NCBI GenBank assembly: GCA_949841045.1
Contig: CATKXS010000003.1
Coordinates: forward strand, 7,796-71,795
DNA: 64,000 nt
Direction: 5' to 3'
Source of the DNA: an uncultured Clostridia bacterium
Lineage (GTDB): Bacteria > Bacillota > Clostridia > Christensenellales > UBA1242
In this document: positions 56,876 through 64,000 of the stretch, piece by piece
How positions within the stretch are numbered: the first letter of the stretch is position 1
Layout of the letters: each line of letters starts with the position of its first letter
Program-made: the position numbers and the translations under genes
The notes under the pieces: model-generated
The model's input: only the letters and a program-made list of their open reading frames with translations
Databases searched by the model: none
Told to the model about the DNA's origin: nothing

Positions 56876-58735
56876 TTATTCATTCTCATTTTCTGGTTCA
56901 GCAAAGGTTTGGAGTTCTTCATAAACCAAAGCATTTTTAGTAATGAGTAAAGACTCTTCATTAACCTTTTTGAAGCATTTTGGTCTTTGTTTTGTAGGTG
57001 TTTCCTTAACTTCCACCTCTTCTACAACTTCTTCAGCCTCTTTTGTTTCTGGAGCTTCTTCGATTTTTTCATCGACTTCTTCTGTTTTGACGTCCACGCG
57101 ATTTTTGTAATCATCAATTACTTGCATGATTGCCTTTGCGTCTTTGAGTTTCAAAACATTCATAACCATATCTTCAATGGCGCCCTCTCTGTCTGGACCA
57201 TCAAAATCAATATCTACATATCCGAAATGGTTTACAACTTCATCTAATAATACTTTAAGTACATCTGCATTTCTTGCATCATCAACGAAAGAAAGAATTG
57301 TTGGCTCACCCCTGAAGTTTGAATGATTCAAGAAATCTTCAATGTTTTCATGGTCTAAACTTAAGAAAAGTGTTTTGATAGCATCTGCATAATCTTCGTT
57401 ATTATCGCTCCCATAGTAAATATATTTAAGAGCATTGTCGCCATTTTCATCAATAGCGGTTGGGTCAAATTTACCATTAACTACAAGTTTACCAAGCATA
57501 TCAAAATTCTTTGTTTCGACAAGTCTTGCAAAAGTATCATGTGGATTTGGTGCATTCAAATCAATATTTGGACTATTGATAAGTTTTTCAAAGCAGTACT
57601 CGTCAGCAACTGTTGCAGCATAGAGAAGTGCATTATTAGTAGCCCCAGAAGCATTTATGTCAAGCCCTTTGTGAGCTAAAAGCATATCAAAGATTTCTTT
57701 GCTTCCCTCTTTACCCTCTTTCACACTATCAATTGCATACATTAAAGCATTTTTCATTTCAACTTTATACTTACCAAGCTCGTTATTAACAGCAAAAGCA
57801 TTAACATCTACATTTTTAGCTAAAAGTGATTTAACAAGGCTTACGTCACCCTCTTTTACTGCAAGCATAAGAAGTGTTTCGTCGTTTTCACCAGCTAAGT
57901 CATAATTTACATCATTACGCTTTAAAAGTCTGTTGAAAAGAGTCTTATCCTCAAGTTTATATAATTCGGTTAAAATACTTCTGCCATTTTCATCTATTCT
58001 ATTTACATCATAATCAGGTCTGTTTAAAAGAATCTTTGCTTTTGCGATAGCTTCTTCGTTACCCTCTTCAATATCTTTTAAGTTGCATAAAATAACATCT
58101 TTTCCAGCATTAACATCTATATCTTCACGAGCTAAAAGTTTTTTAAAGTCTGTCAAATCTGCATAATTTAAAGGAGCAAAGCCTTTATTGTTTGTTTTGT
58201 TTACGTCAATATTTTTATGGTTTAATATTAAATCGAAAGCCTCATGGTCTCGAATATCAGCAGCTATACTGAGTGCAGTATTACCCTCATCATTAACTAA
58301 ATTAACATCAAGCCCATCTTTATCTAAAATCATGCTTAAAATTTCAGGGTCTTTAGAAACGCAAACTTGATATATTAATGCCGAACCAAATTTATTACAA
58401 TGATTCACATTAAAATCTCTTCTGGTCCATTGTGCTTTTAAGATAGCTTTATACTTATCATAATCGTCAGTACCTTTTGCCCCAACAGTTTGAACAATAA
58501 GAGATTTTATTGGAGTAACTCTAATTGAATTTTCAAAATTCATATCAATTTTTCTATTCTTAAAACATGCCTTCATTATAGCAAATTGTTTATTTTCAAT
58601 AGCCCACATAAGAAGGTTGTTATTTTTGTCATCTACTGGCAAGTTAATTTCATCAACTTCAATTGAAGCAAGTTTCAAAAGAGATTTATATTTTTTCTTT
58701 TCAATAGCCTTAGCAACTTTTGCTGTGTATTCCAT
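56876..58735 (-). CDS. Ankyrin-repeat protein, no signal peptide, acidic C-terminal tail
   Basis: Multiple ANK-like units, e.g. GNTALSIAADIRDHEAFDLILNHKNIDVN and ETLLMLAVKEGDVSLVKSLLAKNVDVNA. Start placed at ATG 58735 after GGAGGTG, not at the track GTG at 58741. Confidence 0.75.
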   Translation of the reverse strand: MEYTAKVAKAIEKKKYKSLLKLASIEVDEINLPVDDKNNNLLMWAIENKQFAIMKACFKNRKIDMNFENSIRVTPIKSLIVQTVGAKGTDDYDKYKAILKAQWTRRDFNVNHCNKFGSALIYQVCVSKDPEILSMILDKDGLDVNLVNDEGNTALSIAADIRDHEAFDLILNHKNIDVNKTNNKGFAPLNYADLTDFKKLLAREDIDVNAGKDVILCNLKDIEEGNEEAIAKAKILLNRPDYDVNRIDENGRSILTELYKLEDKTLFNRLLKRNDVNYDLAGENDETLLMLAVKEGDVSLVKSLLAKNVDVNAFAVNNELGKYKVEMKNALMYAIDSVKEGKEGSKEIFDMLLAHKGLDINASGATNNALLYAATVADEYCFEKLINSPNIDLNAPNPHDTFARLVETKNFDMLGKLVVNGKFDPTAIDENGDNALKYIYYGSDNNEDYADAIKTLFLSLDHENIEDFLNHSNFRGEPTILSFVDDARNADVLKVLLDEVVNHFGYVDIDFDGPDREGAIEDMVMNVLKLKDAKAIMQVIDDYKNRVDVKTEEVDEKIEEAPETKEAEEVVEEVEVKETPTKQRPKCFKKVNEESLLITKNALVYEELQTFAEPENENE

Positions 58736-58762
58736 AATCACACCTCCACATCATATATGAAA

Positions 58763-58791
58763 ATTATATCATGTAACATTTATAAAGTCAA
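58763..58791 (-). promoter_or_regulatory. Sigma-A-type promoter of the ankyrin-repeat gene
   Basis: Minus-strand TTGACT (58791-58786), a 17-nt spacer ending in TGa, then TATAAT (58768-58763). Confidence 0.65.
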
Positions 58792-58801
58792 TACCTTACT
58801 T

Positions 58802-60199
58802 TTAATTCTTTTGTAATTTGTAATCCTCTTTACTATCTAAGATAGTATACCCCTTTTCAAGTAAAACATTTCGAAGTTCATCGGCTTTTGCAAAATCTCT
58901 ATTTTTCTTTGCATTCCAGCGCTCTTCTGCCATGTTTTTTATCTCTTCTGGAATATCTTCTGTCTTACTATCGATAAACTCAATCACCGATTTTGCATCA
59001 TTTATAAAAAGTCCTAAAATCTTATAAGAATTTTTAACAGAATGATAATCTTCCAATACGCTTTCATCATTTTCATTTAGCTTTTTTTGCATATTTTTAA
59101 ATGTTTCAAACAAATAAGAAAGTGCTTTTGGTGTGTTAAAGTCGTCTTTCAAAGCCTCGTTAACTTCTTTTTCAAGTTCACTTTCCACGCCGCAACCCTT
59201 TGAAACATCAAAATTTTCTTCAATAGCTTTAAGAATTTTGTAGAAAGAGTAAATATGTTTTTCTGCTTGTTTAAAGTTTGAATCTGTGATATTTAAGTCG
59301 CTTCTATAACTATTTTGAAGAAGAGCAAATTTGACAACTTCAGGAAGATAAATCTTCTCTAAATCTTCAAGAATTATTGTATTGCCAAGACTTTTACTCA
59401 TTTTTTGACCATCAACTTTAATTAGACCATTGTGAATCCAGTATTTTGAAAATTGTTTGCCAGTAAGAGCCTCTGTTTGTGCAATTTCATTCTCATGATG
59501 AGGGAAGATTAAATCTCGTCCGCCACCATGAATATCAATCTGCTCACCAAACGCTGCCATATTCATTGTTGAACATTCAATATGCCAACCAGGCCTACCC
59601 TTTCCCCAAGGCGAAATCCAGTAAGGTTCACCCTCTTTTGCACTCTTCCAAAGAGCAAAGTCGAGCGGACTTTGTTTTTCTTCATCGTTGTCAATTCGGT
59701 AACCATTTTGAGCATCTTCTAGATTTCTATTTGAAAGCGCGCCATATTTGTGGAATTTTTCAACTGAGTAATAAACATCGCCATTCTTTGTTGCATAAGC
59801 AAAGCCCTTGTCAATAAGTTTGCTAACAAAGTCGATAATATTGTCAATATTTTCAGTTGCTTTAAGCCAAATATCAGGCTCATCAACTTGGAAATATTTC
59901 ATTTCTCTATCAATCTTCTCAATCATCTTTTGAGCATACTCGCCCGCATCAACATTAAGTTCGTTAGCTTTTGCAATAATTTTATCGTCAATGTCAGTAT
60001 AATTTCTAGCATATGTAACCTTATATCCTTCTTTGACGAGAACCTTTCTAATAATATCATAAATCATCGCTTGATAAAGGTGACCTATATGAGCATTCCC
60101 AGACACTGTTATTCCGCAGGCATACATTTTTACATTATTTTCATTTAATGGCAAAAAGTTCTCTTTTCTTCTAGTAAGAGAATTATATAATTTAATCAT
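58802..60199 (-). CDS. cysS: Cysteine--tRNA ligase
   Basis: 465 aa with HIGH-type HIGHLY and KMSKS motifs. Confidence 0.95.
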   Translation of the reverse strand: MIKLYNSLTRRKENFLPLNENNVKMYACGITVSGNAHIGHLYQAMIYDIIRKVLVKEGYKVTYARNYTDIDDKIIAKANELNVDAGEYAQKMIEKIDREMKYFQVDEPDIWLKATENIDNIIDFVSKLIDKGFAYATKNGDVYYSVEKFHKYGALSNRNLEDAQNGYRIDNDEEKQSPLDFALWKSAKEGEPYWISPWGKGRPGWHIECSTMNMAAFGEQIDIHGGGRDLIFPHHENEIAQTEALTGKQFSKYWIHNGLIKVDGQKMSKSLGNTIILEDLEKIYLPEVVKFALLQNSYRSDLNITDSNFKQAEKHIYSFYKILKAIEENFDVSKGCGVESELEKEVNEALKDDFNTPKALSYLFETFKNMQKKLNENDESVLEDYHSVKNSYKILGLFINDAKSVIEFIDSKTEDIPEEIKNMAEERWNAKKNRDFAKADELRNVLLEKGYTILDSKEDYKLQKN

Positions 60200-60231
60200 A
60201 TTTAAAACCTCATTATAAGCAAAACTGCCTA

Positions 60232-60615
60232 CTAAATAATTTTATTCAAAAACTTGCTTAAAATTTCAATTGCATAATCAATTTCAGGTGAAGTTGCATC
60301 AAGAGACTTTTCTATATCCTTTAAATAAGAGTCAAGTACAACATTTCCCTTCTCTGTAAGTTCAATAACACGACATCGTCTATCAAGATTCGACTTCTTA
60401 ACAACAAGCAAGCCCTCCTTTTCAAGCGAAGCGCTCATGAGTGCAAAATTAGTCTTTTGCACTCCAAGCTTTTCTATAATCATACTTATTGAAAGGTTTT
60501 CATATAAACGACTAAAAAATAGTATCTTAATTTTTAAAATACCACCGCTGTTATTTTTCTTCATTAGATTTTCTAGTAATGATTCTATTTCAATTAAACT
60601 GCTTGCTCTTTTCAT
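60232..60615 (-). CDS. MarR-family transcriptional regulator
   Basis: 127 aa. Winged-HTH pattern with the wing motif DRRCRVIELTEKG. Confidence 0.7.
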   Translation of the reverse strand: MKRASSLIEIESLLENLMKKNNSGGILKIKILFFSRLYENLSISMIIEKLGVQKTNFALMSASLEKEGLLVVKKSNLDRRCRVIELTEKGNVVLDSYLKDIEKSLDATSPEIDYAIEILSKFLNKII

Positions 60616-60748
60616 AAATTTTCTCTTGTTAAATTTTAGGCTAAATCAAGAGTGATTAAACCTAGTATAGTTATAGTATAACAAAAATTTTTTGAATTGC
60701 AAGTGTTTTTTAGTTGATTTTAAGCTTTAATGTTATTAAAATATAAAC

Positions 60749-62986
60749 ATGCAAATAGAAGGACCTATCGAAGAAATAATTTTTAGAAACGAACAGAATG
60801 GCTATACAGTCTTTGTTATCGACTTCCGCACCACCCCTGTCGTATGCGTGGGAAAACTTGTCAATGCCAGCATCGGTGAAAATTTGTCTTTAGATGGTGA
60901 TTATGTAAACAATGCAAAATATGGCTATCAATTCGTATTTAATTCTTACGAAGTTGTTTTGCCAACTTCTCTTGCCGGCATTGAAAGATATTTATCTTCA
61001 GGGCTTATTAAAGGCGTTGGCCCTGTAACTGCTAAAAATATTGTAAACCACTTCAAAGAAAAGACGTTTGATATTATTGAGTTCTCTCCTTCAAGTCTTG
61101 CAGAAGTAAAAAACATTTCACCTAAAAAAGCACTTGAAATTGGTGAGAAATTTAAAGAACTTAAAAAACTTCAAAATGCAGTTATGTTTCTTCAAAAGTA
61201 TAACATCACTACTAATATGTCGCTTAAAATCTATGAGATTTATGGAAGCAAAACGATTGAAATTGTTAAAAATAATCCATATAGACTTGTTGAAGATGTT
61301 GACGGAATTGGCTTTGCTTCAGCCGACAAAATTGCTCAGTCTATTGGCATTCCTTCTGACAGTCAATTTCGCATTAGAGCGGGTCTACTTCATACTTTAA
61401 ATACTTCTGTCGAAAAAACTGGAAACACATACTTACCACTACATATGCTATTTTGTCAAACAGCCAACCTACTAAGTATTGATTATGACTCGAATTCTGA
61501 ACTTTATGATAAAGCACTTGACAATCTTACTATTGACAAAACAATCATCACAATGTGGCATGATAATTGCCAAATTGTAAGTACTTCTAAATACTACTTT
61601 TATGAGAATGCAGTTGCGCAAAAACTTGCCCTACTTAACACATCAATTCAAAATGAGAAGCGAAATGTAGAAGATGAAATAAAGCATTTTGAAGAACTAT
61701 ATAACATCACCTTACATGAAGAACAAAAGAATGCAATTTCTAATTCAATAAACAGCGGTGTGTCAGTTATTACTGGCGGCCCCGGCACTGGCAAGACCAC
61801 AATAGTGAAGTGTATTATTGAAATTTTAAAAGGATTTAATCAGACTTTTATGCTTCTCGCCCCTACTGGACGAGCTTCAAAAAGGCTTTCTGATAGTACT
61901 GGTGAAGAGGCAAAAACCATTCATCGTGCACTTGAAGTTGCGTCAGGCGACCTCACTGCAATAAGCCGATTTGTATATAATGAAAACAATCCTTTTAAAG
62001 TCAATGTTGTAATCGTTGACGAAGTTTCAATGGTTGACGTTGCAATCATGAACCACCTCTGCAAAGCCCTGCCACGCGACTGCAAACTTATACTTGTTGG
62101 CGATAAAGACCAGCTTCCAAGTGTAGGCGCAGGAAATGTTCTTGACGACATTATTAAAAGCGGAATTATAACTGTTTCAATGCTGACAAAAATATTTAGG
62201 CAAAGTGACGACAGTCTTATTATCACAAACGCCCACCTTATAAACTCTGGCAAAATGCCACACCTTGACAACTCATCAAAAGATTTCTTCTTTGAAGAGA
62301 AAAGTGATATAGGCGCAATCAAAAATTCCATTGTTGATATGGTTGTAAAAAGGCTTCCGAAATTCACAGGACTTGAAAGCAGTCAAATTCAAGTACTTGC
62401 TCCCCTTAAGGCTGGGCTTTGTGGCATCGACAATTTAAATAGAAGCTTGCAAGAGGCAATCAATCCACCTGGACTCCAAAAAATGGAGTTAGTTGTTGGC
62501 GAAACAATCTTCCGCGTAGGCGACAAGGTTATGCAAACAACAAACAATTACAATCTTATATGGAAGAAAATGAATGGATTTATTGAAGAGGAAGGCGAAG
62601 GCGTATTCAATGGTGATATTGGATTTATTGAACTTATTGACTATCAGACAGGAGAAATGGTTGTAAGTTTTGAAGACGGCAGGCGTTGTCTTTATCCAAG
62701 AACAGAGATAAATCAATTGTCACTTGCCTACGCAATCACAATCCACAAAAGTCAGGGTTCTGAATTTGATGTAGTAATTATCCCCGCTATTGCTGGTCCA
62801 AGCATGATTCTTACACGAAATCTTATTTACACCGCTGTTACAAGAGCCAAAAAGATGGTCGTTCTTGTTGGCGAACAGAAAAATCTCAAAAGAATGGTGT
62901 CAAACAATTATACAGTTCAGCGTTTCACCCTTCTCAAAGAAATGATTATAAACTGCAACAACAAATTGCGCGAACTATTCGATTAA
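60749..62986 (+). CDS. recD2: RecD2-type SF1B ATP-dependent DNA helicase
   Basis: 745 aa. N-terminal HhH-containing region, Walker A GGPGTGKTT, VIVDEVSMVD, and C-terminal AITIHKSQGSEF / TAVTRAKK. Confidence 0.88.
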   Translation: MQIEGPIEEIIFRNEQNGYTVFVIDFRTTPVVCVGKLVNASIGENLSLDGDYVNNAKYGYQFVFNSYEVVLPTSLAGIERYLSSGLIKGVGPVTAKNIVNHFKEKTFDIIEFSPSSLAEVKNISPKKALEIGEKFKELKKLQNAVMFLQKYNITTNMSLKIYEIYGSKTIEIVKNNPYRLVEDVDGIGFASADKIAQSIGIPSDSQFRIRAGLLHTLNTSVEKTGNTYLPLHMLFCQTANLLSIDYDSNSELYDKALDNLTIDKTIITMWHDNCQIVSTSKYYFYENAVAQKLALLNTSIQNEKRNVEDEIKHFEELYNITLHEEQKNAISNSINSGVSVITGGPGTGKTTIVKCIIEILKGFNQTFMLLAPTGRASKRLSDSTGEEAKTIHRALEVASGDLTAISRFVYNENNPFKVNVVIVDEVSMVDVAIMNHLCKALPRDCKLILVGDKDQLPSVGAGNVLDDIIKSGIITVSMLTKIFRQSDDSLIITNAHLINSGKMPHLDNSSKDFFFEEKSDIGAIKNSIVDMVVKRLPKFTGLESSQIQVLAPLKAGLCGIDNLNRSLQEAINPPGLQKMELVVGETIFRVGDKVMQTTNNYNLIWKKMNGFIEEEGEGVFNGDIGFIELIDYQTGEMVVSFEDGRRCLYPRTEINQLSLAYAITIHKSQGSEFDVVIIPAIAGPSMILTRNLIYTAVTRAKKMVVLVGEQKNLKRMVSNNYTVQRFTLLKEMIINCNNKLRELFD

Positions 62987-63001
62987 AAAACAAAGGAAAA
63001 C

Positions 63002-63805
63002 ATGGAAATATTAAAAGTTTTACGAAAGCTAAAAAAAATTATCTTAGACGCACTTTATCCAAACGATTTAAAGTGTATTCTTTGTGGTCGAGATATTCCA
63101 AAGCCTTATATATGTTCCAATTGTTTAAATGAACCTATTTTCAATGAAGGCAATCGTTGCATAATTTGCGACACGCCTATAGAAAAAGAAGGAAATATCA
63201 TTTGTGAATATTGCAAGAAAAATAATGTAACTAGAGTCTTTAAAAATCTATACTGCCCGCTTATTTATGACGGCAAGGTAAGACGTGCCATACTGCAATT
63301 TAAAAGCGATAGCGCTGCATATCTTGCTCACCCTTTTGCAACCTTGATAGCACAAAGACTTGTAATTAAGAAGGTTGATTTTGATATTATTGTCCCTGTT
63401 CCTTCTCATGCTAGCGCTAAAAAAGAAAGGGGCTATAACCCAGCCCGCCTTCTTGCAGATGAGCTTGGGAAAATTATGAATAAGCCTGTAGAGGATATTC
63501 TATATAAGAAGATAAAAACTAAAAAACAAAAGTTTTTAGATTATAAGGAAAGGCAAACAAATTTAACAAACTCTATGGATTTATTAAACAAAAATGTTAT
63601 AAAAGGCAAAAACATTCTCATTATTGATGATATAATTACAACTGGTGCAACAATTGACGCATGCGCAAAACTACTTGTGAACGCAAAAAATGTTTATGGA
63701 GCGGCTATTGCACGTAGAGAACCAAAGAGAAAAGATAAAAATAAAGATAAATCTGATAACAACTTGTCTAAACCGAAAGATAAATTAGCCTCTGCTACAA
63801 ATTAA
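63002..63805 (+). CDS. comFC: ComF-family protein (ComFC, phosphoribosyltransferase-like) with a K-rich tail
   Basis: N-terminal Cys4 zinc-finger pattern (CILCG..CSNC..CIICD..CEYC) and PRT motif ILIIDDIITTGAT. Located directly downstream of recD2. Confidence 0.8.
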   Translation: MEILKVLRKLKKIILDALYPNDLKCILCGRDIPKPYICSNCLNEPIFNEGNRCIICDTPIEKEGNIICEYCKKNNVTRVFKNLYCPLIYDGKVRRAILQFKSDSAAYLAHPFATLIAQRLVIKKVDFDIIVPVPSHASAKKERGYNPARLLADELGKIMNKPVEDILYKKIKTKKQKFLDYKERQTNLTNSMDLLNKNVIKGKNILIIDDIITTGATIDACAKLLVNAKNVYGAAIARREPKRKDKNKDKSDNNLSKPKDKLASATN

Positions 63806-63924
63806 ATTTCATCATGCCCACTTTTTGCTTTTGGACTAATGACTTTGCAAATTAGCATAACGCATCTTTTGATGACGCTTAATTAAAAATTTTAAGAAAA
63901 AAGAAAAAATATGCAAGAAAACTC

Positions 63925-63953
63925 TTGACAAAATATGCCACAATACTTATAAT
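63925..63953 (+). promoter_or_regulatory. Consensus sigma-A promoter driving the downstream tRNA gene(s)
   Basis: TTGACA at 63925-63930, a 17-nt spacer, then TATAAT at 63948-63953. Confidence 0.7.
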
Positions 63954-63973
63954 AAGAAAGTAACATTTCTTGT

Positions 63974-64000
63974 GGCCTCATGGTCAAGCGGTTAAGACAT
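63974..64000 (+). tRNA. 5' part of a tRNA gene cut by the window edge, probably tRNA-Glu
   Basis: GGCCTCA (acceptor) TG GTCAAGCGGTTAAGACA (D arm) closely matches Firmicute tRNA-Glu 5' halves. The anticodon lies outside the window. Confidence 0.6.

Noticed and set aside
60663-60680. TAGTATA direct repeat (11-bp period) between marR and recD2 as a MarR operator
   Set aside because: On the minus strand these read as -10-like TATACT boxes, with TTGCAA 16 nt upstream (60697-60702). A marR promoter is therefore the simpler explanation, and operator function cannot be judged from sequence.
1-64000. Prophage, transposon, integrative element borders or defence islands
   Set aside because: I recognised no integrase, transposase, recombinase, terminase, restriction-modification or known defence genes. 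I also saw no long terminal repeats. The only mobile-element-type gene is the lone VirB4-like ATPase.

Overview
AT-rich chromosomal segment from a low-GC, endospore-forming Firmicute (Clostridia-like). The evidence is spoIIID with a SpoIIQ-like M23 gene, a gerA-type germinant-receptor operon, a SpoVB-like flippase, and the conserved glmU-like/pth/mfd/prsA block. Standard genetic code, and most genes are on the minus strand. Core genes recognised: hflX, acpP, mfd, pth, ftsH, leuS, rplJ-rplL with an L10-type leader/attenuator, cysS, recD2, comFC, and the 5' end of a tRNA (probably Glu).

The most notable point is that the 10 kb with no meaningful entry in the supplied ORF track (1-9968) is not empty. 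It is one uninterrupted minus-strand frame that starts at 9968 and runs off the left edge. It encodes a lipoprotein of at least 3322 residues with arrays of GLUG-type repeats. Immediately upstream in the same orientation lie (i) two tandem ~140-bp copies of a highly structured element, consisting of a near-identical four-helix junction plus a hairpin whose stem covaries between copies, and (ii) a lone VirB3/PrgI-VirB4 fusion ATPase with no other type IV secretion or ICE genes on its visible side.

Other points of interest: a G9/C9 homopolymer sitting exactly in the 15-nt spacer of a TTGACA/TACAAT promoter for a transglutaminase-like gene, which is a candidate phase-variation switch; a tandem-fused ThyX with complementary degenerate motifs; and four signal-less repeat or eukaryote-like proteins (BspA-type LRR, transglutaminase-like, coiled-coil, ankyrin) interleaved with translation genes. 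I saw no CRISPR array, integrase, transposase or prophage. All family assignments come from motif reading by eye and need HMM or BLAST confirmation.
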